64,000 nt of DNA from an uncultured Candidatus Binatia bacterium (lineage in GTDB: Bacteria > Desulfobacterota > Binatia > UBA9968 > JAJDTQ01). The first letter of the stretch is position 1; each line of letters opens with the position of its first letter. Below the pieces are notes generated by a model. That model was not told the DNA's origin. It searched no databases and saw nothing but the letters and a program-made list of their open reading frames with translations. The DNA is taken from NCBI GenBank assembly GCA_965215605.1, contig OZ244070.1:1536001-1600000 (forward strand). Reading direction: 5' to 3'. Shown piece after piece: positions 55,813 to 64,000 of the stretch. Position numbers and translations under genes: made by a program.

Positions 55813-56832
55813 TTAGTTCGCATGATGAGATGCGGAGGATTTTTTGTACCCCTTCTCCCTGTAATATCGCTCGGCGCCGGGGTGTAGCGGCAGGTCCAGC
55901 GGTCCGTCCGGGGTGTCCGTGCAGAACTGCGTCATGGGCGGGGTCTCCGGCGTGTCGTATTCGATGTTCTCGCGCATCTGCTCGATGACTCCGACCATCT
56001 GGTAGGCCAGTTCGTCCGGCAGGTCGGCGTGGGTGACGATGGGCCAGCCGCTGAAGTCCACGGCGGTGACGGGCTCGGGCAGCCTGCCGTCGAACAGCGG
56101 CCCGTTCAGGGGCGCGCGGCTGAAGCCGTAGCGGTCGAGAGAGGCCATGGCCTTGGGCGAAAAGTGCAGGAACGCCATTTCCTGTTCCACGGCCGCGGCG
56201 GCCCAGGACGACAGCCCCTCGTCGATGACCATGTCGACGTCGCCGGTGACGATGCCCTCCAGGCGCCGCGGATTGCTGGGCCGCACCACCGGATCCAGCA
56301 CGCCGCCCCATTCCTCGAAGGTCTTGAGGCTCATGCCGTGGGCCCGCAGCGCCGCGTTGATGGCGAAGTCGATGCAGTCGTTGGTGGCCACCGATACCCT
56401 CAGGGCGGGCTTCCGCCGCTTGAGCTCGTCCATGGAACGGATGCCGTGCTTCTTCGCCACCGCCACCACCAGGCGGTCATAGGAGGGAAAGACCGCCAGC
56501 GCCCGCAACGGCAGTGGCTTCCGGAAGGCGCCCCGCCCGTGAAAGGCCATGGAGGCAATACACGAGGGGTTGAGCCAGGCGATGTCGATCTTTCGCCGGC
56601 CCACCAGCCGTGCTCCCTGGATGCCGCTGCACCAGGCCGGGCTGATGGCGATGTTGAAGGCGAAGGGCGGACCAGCGGAGCCGCCGGCTCCCGGCAAGTC
56701 CACGAAAAGCCGGATTGCGCTGGTCATCATGGTCGGCACCGTGTCGTAGAGGCCGGCCAGCAGCTTGGTGCCGATCTGGGCGCGCAACAGGCTCGAGCTC
56801 ATGGGTTTAACGCTGCGGTCGTCGTAGCTCAT
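55813..56832 (-). CDS. TAXI-family TRAP solute-binding-like protein
   Basis: LRALAVFP, GIRSMDELK, ADLPDELAY, LPLHPGAERYYREKG C-terminal TAXI motif. Confidence 0.75.
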   Translation of the reverse strand: MSYDDRSVKPMSSSLLRAQIGTKLLAGLYDTVPTMMTSAIRLFVDLPGAGGSAGPPFAFNIAISPAWCSGIQGARLVGRRKIDIAWLNPSCIASMAFHGRGAFRKPLPLRALAVFPSYDRLVVAVAKKHGIRSMDELKRRKPALRVSVATNDCIDFAINAALRAHGMSLKTFEEWGGVLDPVVRPSNPRRLEGIVTGDVDMVIDEGLSSWAAAAVEQEMAFLHFSPKAMASLDRYGFSRAPLNGPLFDGRLPEPVTAVDFSGWPIVTHADLPDELAYQMVGVIEQMRENIEYDTPETPPMTQFCTDTPDGPLDLPLHPGAERYYREKGYKKSSASHHAN

Positions 56833-56979
56833 GTCTTCGTTCCCTTTCGTCCTGGACCGTGTGGGATGCGCGCGCTGGGCGCCCGTCCCCGTCCGGCACA
56901 GGTTAGCCTATCTCTCACGGGTATTGTATAGTGTGCCGTCTCGCAGGGTTCCTTCACGAGCCGCCGGTCCCTCTTGTAC

Positions 56980-57840
56980 ATGGCAACACTGACCGCCCTG
57001 GCAGCCGCGTTTTTCTTCGGCTCCGCCCACATCCTGGTACGCTACGGCCTCCGCACCGGCTCCACCACCACGGCCATCACCTTCAACATTGCCACCATGG
57101 GCACGGTGTTGCTGGCCGTGATGGCCCCCTGGGCGGACTGGTCGCAGGCGTCGCGGCCCGCGGTGGGCTGGTTCATGCTGGCGGGGGCGGTGGCGCCGCT
57201 GACCACCCAGTTCCTGTTCTACGCCGCTATCTCCCGGGTCGGCGTCGCCCGGGCCTCGCCCCTCAGGAACACCTCGCCGCTGTTCGCGGGCATCGTGGCG
57301 GTGGCATGGCTGGGCGAACAATGGACCCCGGCGCTCCTCAGCGGCACCGTATTGATCATCCTGGGGGCCACGGTGCTGGGCCTGCGCGACGCCAGGGCGC
57401 TGACGGCCTTCCGCAAGCGCGATCTGCTGTTCGCCCTCGGCGCTTCGGTCCTGGGGGGCGCCGCCAGCCCCATTCGCAAGTTCGGCTACTCCATGATAGC
57501 CTCGGTGCCGCTGGCCATCTGCCTGACGTTGATGGGGAGCCTCTGCGGCCTGATCCTCTACCTGGCGGTGTGGCGCGGCTACCGCGACGTCATGGTCAAC
57601 CGCGGCACGGTGCTGTGGTTCGGGCTCTCGGGCATCGTCACGAGCTGCGGCATCACCTCCTACATGCTGTCGCTGAGCATGGGCGACGTGGTGCTGGTGG
57701 ATCCGCTGATCGCCACCACGCCGCTGTTCTCGGTGACCTTCACCCATCTCCTGCTGAAGGAGCACGAACGGGTCACGTCCAAGGCGGTCCTGGGCGCATT
57801 GCTGGTGTGCGCCGGCGGCGTGGTGCTGACGGCGTTCTGA
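56980..57840 (+). CDS. DMT/EamA family transporter
   Basis: About 10 TM segments, two EamA repeats (GVARASPL...TSPLF...LGE; GDVVLVDPL...TTPLF...LKE). Confidence 0.9.
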   Translation: MATLTALAAAFFFGSAHILVRYGLRTGSTTTAITFNIATMGTVLLAVMAPWADWSQASRPAVGWFMLAGAVAPLTTQFLFYAAISRVGVARASPLRNTSPLFAGIVAVAWLGEQWTPALLSGTVLIILGATVLGLRDARALTAFRKRDLLFALGASVLGGAASPIRKFGYSMIASVPLAICLTLMGSLCGLILYLAVWRGYRDVMVNRGTVLWFGLSGIVTSCGITSYMLSLSMGDVVLVDPLIATTPLFSVTFTHLLLKEHERVTSKAVLGALLVCAGGVVLTAF

Positions 57841-57908
57841 CCTTCGCCCTACCCGGACCGAGGTCTCCGGTTGACAACACACGGGACGGCCGTTAACCCG
57901 CATATTCC

Positions 57909-58418
57909 ATGGAACCCGGCGACGAAATCGTGGCCATCGTGGACGAACGCAACCACGTAGTCGGCTCCGCGGCGCGGCGGGAGATGCGGGCGAGACGGCT
58001 GCCCCATCGCGCCACGTATATCCTGGTGTTCAACTCCGCGGGCGAGGTCTATGTACAGAAGCGCACCCGGACCAAGGACGTGTTCCCGGGCTACCGCGAT
58101 CCCGCGGCCGGCGGCGTGGTGCTGGCGGGCGAGAGCTACCTGGAAGGCGCGTTGCGGGAGCTCGAGGAGGAAATGGGCATCCGCGGCGTGCCGCTTGAGA
58201 GCCTGTTCGAGTTCTACCACGCGGACGCCAACAGCCGGGTATGGGGCGCCGCCTTCCGCTGCGTCTACGACGGAGTCCTGACTTTGCAGGAAGAGGAAGT
58301 GGAGAGCGGCGCCTTCATGGCGGTGGGAGAGGTGTTCGAGGCCGCGGCGACGCAGCCGTTCACCCCGGACGGCCTGTACGTGCTGCGGCGCTACGCGAAA
58401 ACGGCGGGCGGCTCGTAG
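57909..58418 (+). CDS. Nudix hydrolase (YfcD/IDI-like)
   Basis: HRATYILVFN, GGVVLAGESYLEGALRELEEEMG Nudix box, QEEEV, FTPDG. Confidence 0.9.
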   Translation: MEPGDEIVAIVDERNHVVGSAARREMRARRLPHRATYILVFNSAGEVYVQKRTRTKDVFPGYRDPAAGGVVLAGESYLEGALRELEEEMGIRGVPLESLFEFYHADANSRVWGAAFRCVYDGVLTLQEEEVESGAFMAVGEVFEAAATQPFTPDGLYVLRRYAKTAGGS

Positions 58419-58439
58419 GGGTAGGGTTCAAACCCGCCC
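58415..58439 (+). repeat. GTAG-type REP (same family as 27775)
   Basis: GTAGGGGTAGGGTTCAAACCCGCCC; its GTAG supplies the Nudix TAG stop. Confidence 0.7.
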
Positions 58440-58454
58440 ATGGCCGGAGGGGGC

Positions 58455-59147
58455 GTGTCCGCACATCCGATCATCCAGATCGCCGGCATCCTGGACGAGG
58501 CCGAGGCGCGAATGCTGGCGGCGAACGGGGTCCACAGGCTGGGCTTCCCGCTGGGCCTGGACGTGCACCGGGAGGACCTTCCGCCAGACGAGGCCGCGGC
58601 CGTCATCCGGACCCTCGCTTTGGGTCCGCGCGCGTGGCTCATCACGTATCTCGACGACCCGGCCGCCATCGCGGCCCTGTGCGGCCGGCTGGGTTGCGCC
58701 GGAGTGCAACTGCACGGCCCCATCGACGACCGCCGGGCGGCCAGGCTCAGGACGCTGCGACCGGACCTGGGGGTGATCAAGAGCCTGGTGGTGCGGGACG
58801 GCAATCTGCCCGAGCTACAGGATCGGGTGTCCGCCCTGGCGCCGCACGTGGACGGCTTCATCACCGACACCTTCGATCCCGCCACCGGAGCGTCCGGGGC
58901 CACCGGCAGGACCCACGACTGGACGATCAGCCGGCGGCTGGTGGAACTCAGCCCTCGACCTGTCATACTGGCCGGAGGGTTGACCCCGGAAAACGTCGTC
59001 GCGGCCATCGAGACGGTAAGGCCCGCCGGGGTCGACACGCATACCGGCGTCGAGGACGAGACCGGCCGCAAAGACGCCGGCCGGGTCCGGGCGTTCGTGG
59101 AAAGGGCGGGCGAGGCGTTCGCCGGCCTTGGCGGCCGGCCCGGCTGA
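58455..59147 (+). CDS. trpF: Phosphoribosylanthranilate isomerase-like protein
   Basis: VQLHG, ITDT...GATGRTHDW, VILAGGLTPENV, GVDTHTGVE...KD. Confidence 0.8.
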   Translation: MSAHPIIQIAGILDEAEARMLAANGVHRLGFPLGLDVHREDLPPDEAAAVIRTLALGPRAWLITYLDDPAAIAALCGRLGCAGVQLHGPIDDRRAARLRTLRPDLGVIKSLVVRDGNLPELQDRVSALAPHVDGFITDTFDPATGASGATGRTHDWTISRRLVELSPRPVILAGGLTPENVVAAIETVRPAGVDTHTGVEDETGRKDAGRVRAFVERAGEAFAGLGGRPG

Positions 59148-59220
59148 TGCATCCGGCAGTCGGCCGGGAAACCGCGGGGGCGCGGCTCCGGCCCGCCGGC
59201 GGAGGGAAACGGGAGAGCGA

Positions 59221-60195
59221 ATGGAACTGGGACTGAGCCCGCTGCAGGGCACCGAGAGCTTCGAGGAAACCATCCGGGAATGCGAGCGCGCCGAGGCCGC
59301 GGGCTTCGATTCGGTGTGGCTCGGCGAGCACCACAACAATCCAGTTCTCTACCCGGCCCCGCTGCTGGGGCTGGCCGCCATCGCCGCCCGCACCAGCCGG
59401 GTGTCCCTGGGAACCGGTGTGCTGCTGCTGCCCCTCTACCACCCCATGTGCGTGGCCGAGGAGGGCGCCATGGTGGACATGATCTCGGGCGGCCGGCTGA
59501 TCCTCGGGGTGGGAGCGGGATACGCGCCGGAGGAGTTCGCCGCCTTCGGCCTGTCGGTCAAGCAGCGCGGCAGCCGCCTCGACGAAGGGGCCGCCCTGCT
59601 GCGCCGGCTCTGGACCGAGACCGGCGTCACCCATCACGGCCGCTACTACCACGTGGAAGACGCCACCGTGGGACCGCGGCCGGTGCAGCGGCCGGCGCCG
59701 CCCATCTGGTTCGGCGCCTGGACCGCCCCCGCCATCGAGCGCGCGGCGCGACTGGGCGACGCCTGGCTGGGCGGTCCTTCGGCGGCGCTGTCGGAGCTTT
59801 CGTCGTGCGTGGCGTCGTACCGGGAGAAACGGAAGGAGTTGGGCAAGGACCCCGGAACCATCGCCGCGTTCCGCTACGTGTTCGTCGCCGGCACCACGGC
59901 GGAAGCGCTGGAGTCGGCCGGGGACTCCTTCATCCGGGCCTACGAGAACATGTATTTCCGGTGGCCGCACCCCATCATCAAGCGGCCCGACGGGGAGCTC
60001 ACCATCGAGCGGCTGGCCGAGAACCGCATCATCCTGGGCGACCCCGAAACCTGCATCCGGGAAATCTCGCGCTTCCGGCAGGAGCTCGGGCTGGACCACG
60101 TCATCTGCCGCTTCTCCGTCCCGGGCATCTCCCGCGAGGCCTCCATGGCGGCCCTGGACCTCTTCGCCCGGGAGGTCATGCCGGCCCTCCGGTAG
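59221..60195 (+). CDS. LLM-class flavin-dependent oxidoreductase
   Basis: GFDSVWLGEHH, LPLYHP, DMISGGRLILGVGAGY, PRPVQRPAPPIW, FAREVMP. Confidence 0.92.
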   Translation: MELGLSPLQGTESFEETIRECERAEAAGFDSVWLGEHHNNPVLYPAPLLGLAAIAARTSRVSLGTGVLLLPLYHPMCVAEEGAMVDMISGGRLILGVGAGYAPEEFAAFGLSVKQRGSRLDEGAALLRRLWTETGVTHHGRYYHVEDATVGPRPVQRPAPPIWFGAWTAPAIERAARLGDAWLGGPSAALSELSSCVASYREKRKELGKDPGTIAAFRYVFVAGTTAEALESAGDSFIRAYENMYFRWPHPIIKRPDGELTIERLAENRIILGDPETCIREISRFRQELGLDHVICRFSVPGISREASMAALDLFAREVMPALR

Positions 60196-61189
60196 GATCG
60201 GTCCGGACGGACTCGAGCGCGGTATCAAGATCCCGCCACCAGGTGGCCATCACCTCGTTCCGCGCCATGCGCTCCCGGGCCCGGCGCCGCTCGTGGCTCA
60301 CGGCGGTGTAGTCCAGGCCGCCGAGGTGCGCGCCGATGGCCTGCTGGGTCATTCCGCCGTGCCGGTAGAGCAGCTCCATCAACACACCGCGCTGGTCACG
60401 ACAGCGTCCCCGTTTCCGCTGAAGCCGCTCGGGGGCCAGATCGAAGTACCTCGCCGCCTCGGCCGTGATCCGGGCGGGGTCCATCCCTTGCACGGGCGGC
60501 GGCAACGCCGTTTGGCCGGTGGCCCCGGCGACGCCGGCCCACTGTTGGCTGGCCCTCGCCCAGAAGCGGTCATCGCCCAGGATGACCTGCCCTCGCAGTT
60601 GCTTCCACGGACTCGACACGCCCTGCTCCAACCCGTCCTGGACGAACCGGCCGTACCGCCGCCGGGAATGGCCCGTCCGCGACAGCACCTCGTCATAGTG
60701 GACCCACGACTGCCGGCGCCCCACGGAAACGTACCCGCCGAGGCTGCTCCAGGGATACCGCCACAGTTGTCCGACCTGGTCCGGCACGATGCCTCGCCGG
60801 AGGCGGGGCGTCCGCACCGGATTCATGTGCACGTACCGGCTCAACTCCAGCAGCCAGGCGTCGGGCTGGATCAGGATCGCCTTGAAGCGGCCCTGGTAGA
60901 GATGGCCGGTGCGCCGGTGTCGCCGGTTGAAGAACGACGTGTACGCCACGTTGAAATGCCGCATGAACTCCGAGAGGTTGGCCTTCGGAGTCTCCGCCAC
61001 CAAGTGGAAGTGGTTGTTCATCAACACGTAGCAGTGCAGCTTCACCTCGTAGATCTCCAGAGACCGCCGCAGCCTTTCCAGAAAGGCCTCCCGGTCGCCG
61101 TCGTCCCTGAAGATGCTCCTGCGGTCGTTCCCGCGGCAGGTGACGTGGTAGTGCGCATGCGGGTACTCGATCCGTAACGGACGTGCCAT
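60176..61189 (-). mobile_element. REP-associated tyrosine transposase (RAYT, Y1/HUH) with C-terminal DnaA_C-like HTH
   Basis: MARPLR, YHVTCRGNDRRSIF, YVLMNNHFHL (HUH), GHLYQGRFK, RYVHMNP, YPWSS; C-terminal MTQQAIGAHLGGLDYTAVSH HTH. Confidence 0.9.
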
Positions 61190-61210
61190 GTTCCACCCCA
61201 AAAGGCATAG

Positions 61211-61226
61211 TTCAAGGTCTGACCCT
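61211..61226. repeat. Half-REP motif next to the RAYT
   Basis: TTCAAGGTCTGACCCT (minus strand AGGGTCAGACCTTGAA) about 20 bp upstream of the RAYT start. Confidence 0.45.
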
Positions 61227-61281
61227 AGAGCTATCTCCGCAGAGACGCCGTGTCAAGGGAAACAGGTGCATCGAACCCGCC

Positions 61282-61381
61282 CGTCACCCCGGACTTGATC
61301 CGCGGTCCAGGGGATGCCGCTGGGCGGGCGGTTTGTCCTCGCCCCCCCACGCCTGGATTCCGGGTCAAGCTTGGAATGACG
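61282..61381. repeat. CGTC-tagged REP doublet
   Basis: CGTCACCCCGGACTTGATCCGCGGTCCAG ... CTGGATTCCGGGTCAAGCTTGGAATGACG in inverted orientation. Confidence 0.8.
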
Positions 61382-61477
61382 ATTCTTCCGACTCAGGCGT
61401 TGACGGGTGTTGAGTTTTCACGGAGTTGGCGGCGAGACGGCGCGCGGCCGCGAGCGGGACCGCGGTCCGAAGGGCCT

Positions 61478-62506
61478 TCAGCCGGCGAGCCGCTCGATGA
61501 CGGCGTCCGCGAAGGCTTCGGTGCCGAGGCTGCCGCCCAGGTCCCGGGTCTTGCAGTCATCTTCGAGGGCCCGGTCGTACGCGCCCTTGATCCGTTCCGC
61601 CGTCTGACGGCAGCTCTCGTCCTCGCGCGTATCCGCCAGGTGGTTCAGCATCATCACCGCGGACATCAGCATGGCCAAGGGATTGGCCGTGCCGGTGCCG
61701 GCGATGTCCGGCGCGGAGCCGTGCACCGCTTCGAAAACCGCCCGGTCCTCGCCGAAGTTGGCCCCCGGCACCACCCCGAGGCCGCCCACGAGCCCGGCGC
61801 ACAGGTCGCTGATAACGTCGCCGTAGAGGTTCTCCAGCAGCAGCACGTCGAAGCGGCCGGGGTCCTGCACCAGCTTCATGCAGCCGGCGTCGATGATGTT
61901 CTCCTCGTACTCGATGTTCGGGTACTCGTGCTGGTGGATGCGGCGGGCGCACTGCAGGAACAGTCCGTCGGTCACCTTCATGATGTTGGCCTTGTGAAAG
62001 ACGGTGATCTTGCGGCGCTGCCGCCGGGTGGCGAACCGGAAGGCCCAGTGGGCGATGCGCAGGCTGGCGCTCTTGGTGGCCACCTTCATGCTCATCACGA
62101 CGTCGTCGGTGACCTGGTTCTCCACGCCGCTGTAGAGCCCCTCGGTGTTCTCCCGGACGATGATGAGGTCCACGTCCTGGAAGCGGGTGGGCGCCCCGGC
62201 CAGAGAGCGCACCGGACGCACGGCGGCGTAGAGGTTGAGACGCTGGCGCAACTGGACGTTGACGGAGGTAAAACCCTCGCCGACGGGAGTGGTGCACGGT
62301 CCCTTGAGGGCCAGCCCGTGGTGCGCGATGGCTTCCGTGGTGGATTCGGGCAGCACGTCGGGGCCGTCTTCGAGAGCGGCGACGCCGGCCTTGCGTTCGA
62401 CCCATTCAATGGGCGCTCCCGCGGCTTCGAGGATACGGCGCACGGCCGCGGTGATTTCGGGGCCGATACCGTCTCCGGGGATGAGTACTGCGGAATGTGT
62501 CTTCAT
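61478..62506 (-). CDS. icd: Isocitrate/isopropylmalate dehydrogenase family (NAD-IDH-like)
   Basis: IPGDGIGPE, LKGPCTTP, SVNVQLRQ, RENTEGLY, HKANIMK, NLYGDVISD, FEAVHGSAPDIAG; start reassigned to MKTHSA. Confidence 0.88.
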   Translation of the reverse strand: MKTHSAVLIPGDGIGPEITAAVRRILEAAGAPIEWVERKAGVAALEDGPDVLPESTTEAIAHHGLALKGPCTTPVGEGFTSVNVQLRQRLNLYAAVRPVRSLAGAPTRFQDVDLIIVRENTEGLYSGVENQVTDDVVMSMKVATKSASLRIAHWAFRFATRRQRRKITVFHKANIMKVTDGLFLQCARRIHQHEYPNIEYEENIIDAGCMKLVQDPGRFDVLLLENLYGDVISDLCAGLVGGLGVVPGANFGEDRAVFEAVHGSAPDIAGTGTANPLAMLMSAVMMLNHLADTREDESCRQTAERIKGAYDRALEDDCKTRDLGGSLGTEAFADAVIERLAG

Positions 62507-62692
62507 AGGCGTTGGATTGGTCGTGGTCCGCCGGCCAAGGCGCCCGGACGGACAGCTTTCAATATAGCCGATAGAAACGGGTTCGTGGACTCTCCGCGAT
62601 GTTGGTGGATGTCGCTCCGCGCACCGCCGAGGGCATTTCCTGGAGAACTTTGCATTTTTGGCCCCTTTCTGCGACCATCGGGGCTGCGAGCG

Positions 62693-63580
62693 ATGCCGAT
62701 GTTCGAGGGATTTGCGACACACGATATCCGCTGCGAGAATGCTACCATCCATTGCCGCGTCGGCGGTCAAGGCGAACCACTCCTGCTGTTGCACGGATTC
62801 CCGCAAACTCATGTCCAGTGGCACCGGCTGGCTCCCCTGCTGATGGATGCGTTTACACTGGTCATCCCCGATCTCCGCGGTTACGGAGCCAGCCGGGGAC
62901 CCGCGGCCGATCCCCGGCATGTCAACTACTCCAAGCGCGAGATGGCCAAGGACATGGTTCACGTCATGTCGGAGGCTGGACATGAAAGGTTCGGCGTGGT
63001 CTCCCATGACCGCGGCGCCAGGGTCGGCTACCGGCTGGCGCTCGATAGTCCCGAACGGGTCAGCCACTTCGTGAGCCTGGACACCGTCCCGACGCTGGAC
63101 AGCTGGGAGGCCACGGACATGGACGTTTCCATCAGGCGGTTCCATTGGTCTTTTCTGGCTCAACCCCCGCCCTTGCCGGAACGAATGATGGGCGCGGACC
63201 CGGACTTCTTCCTCCTGCATCTGCTGGACCGGTGGGCCGGACGGCCGGGAGTACTGGACCCGGCCGCGGTGGAAGCGTACAAGGCGGCGTTTCGAAAACC
63301 GAGCGTGCTGCAAGCGATGGCGGAGGACTACCGGGCCGGTGCAACGATCGACTTCGAGAATGACCGGCAAGACCGCCATGCGGGAAAGAAGCTCCGATGC
63401 CCGGTCCTGGTCCTGCGGGGGTCGCCGCGCAGGCCCAAACCGCTTCGCCCGATATGGGAAAGATGGGCCGACGACGTGTCCGAGGGCACCGTGGAGTGCG
63501 GCCACTTCATTGCCGAAGAAGCGCCGGAAGCCTGCGCGGAAGCCATTCGCCGCTTCTTGTCGGCCAGATATCCGGGGTGA
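62693..63580 (+). CDS. Fluoroacetate/haloacetate dehalogenase
   Basis: LLHGFPQTH, HDRGAR, LDTVPT, FHWSFLAQP, EDYRAGA, CGHFIAEEAP; true start at 62693 or 62699 inside the long 61250 ORF. Confidence 0.88.
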   Translation: MPMFEGFATHDIRCENATIHCRVGGQGEPLLLLHGFPQTHVQWHRLAPLLMDAFTLVIPDLRGYGASRGPAADPRHVNYSKREMAKDMVHVMSEAGHERFGVVSHDRGARVGYRLALDSPERVSHFVSLDTVPTLDSWEATDMDVSIRRFHWSFLAQPPPLPERMMGADPDFFLLHLLDRWAGRPGVLDPAAVEAYKAAFRKPSVLQAMAEDYRAGATIDFENDRQDRHAGKKLRCPVLVLRGSPRRPKPLRPIWERWADDVSEGTVECGHFIAEEAPEACAEAIRRFLSARYPG

Positions 63581-63585
63581 GAGCG

Positions 63586-64000
63586 ATGAGCGCACAGATA
63601 GAGATCCGGCGCGACGTTCGGTACGGGGGAGGCCCCGACGGCAGGCTTTGCAACGACGTGTACCTGCCCGCCGGCCCGGGGCCGCACCCGGCGCTGTTGT
63701 GCTTTCACGGCGGCGCCTGGGCCCGCGGAAGCCACCGCCAGTACCAGGAGTGGGGGCCGTGGCTGGCCGCACGCGGATACGCGCTGGTGGCGGTGGACTA
63801 CCGGCTGTCGAAGGACGTCTCGCCCTCGTGGCCCGGCGTGCACGAGGACATCCGGTTGGCGCTGCGCTGGCTGCTGGAGGAGGCGGCCGCGCTACGCGTC
63901 GACCCGGCGCGGCTGGGGCTCGTGGGGGACTCCGCGGGCGGACACATGGCGGCGCTGCTGGCCCTGGAGGACTGGGTCCGGCCGCACCTGCGCGCGGTGG
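63586..64000 (+). CDS. Alpha/beta hydrolase, HSL-like esterase (truncated by window end)
   Basis: DVYLP, FHGGAW, VDYRL, GDSAGG; absent from the ORF track because there is no stop in the window. Confidence 0.88.
   Translation, partial: MSAQIEIRRDVRYGGGPDGRLCNDVYLPAGPGPHPALLCFHGGAWARGSHRQYQEWGPWLAARGYALVAVDYRLSKDVSPSWPGVHEDIRLALRWLLEEAAALRVDPARLGLVGDSAGGHMAALLALEDWVRPHLRAV

Noticed and set aside
61250-62692. Apparent N-terminal extension of the dehalogenase (776-aa ORF) and the matching extension of IDH (764-aa ORF)
   Set aside because: Each extension is the antisense of the other gene; real starts are 62693/62699 (+) and 62506 (-)

Overview
A GC-rich bacterial chromosomal window with about 50 protein genes and no rRNA, tRNA or CRISPR array that I can see. 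Gene content resembles a Deltaproteobacteria/Binatia-like heterotroph (inference only). In order: EutA-like ATPase plus bicupin; dxs, LolA-like protein and beta-barrel converging on hpnCDE-ispH; an MBL hydrolase; a small lower-GC islet (nuclease remnant plus putative toxin-antitoxin pair); a dihydroxyphthalate-decarboxylase-like gene and Rieske oxygenase alpha/beta; MFS-modCBA; amidase; K+ channel; BamD with a long tail; TolC; SDR, crotonase and two acyl-CoA dehydrogenases; a multi-repeat M23 peptidase; thpR-recA-alaS-phoH-ybeY-prfB (programmed +1 frameshift); fhs; a double-length UvrA downstream of an Mrp/DUF971/DUF59 Fe-S carrier cluster; SET protein plus DUF4301; a ThDP enzyme; TAXI; DMT; Nudix; TrpF; LLM; a RAYT; IDH; fluoroacetate dehalogenase; a truncated esterase. 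Intergenic DNA carries several palindromic repeat families (GTAG-type, CGTC-type and CTAG-TGTCC minis), some of which overlap gene stop codons. The best candidates for an undescribed system are the EutA-like/bicupin module lacking EutBC and the isoprenoid locus with an embedded LolA-like/beta-barrel pair. All calls come from motif recognition, not database searches.
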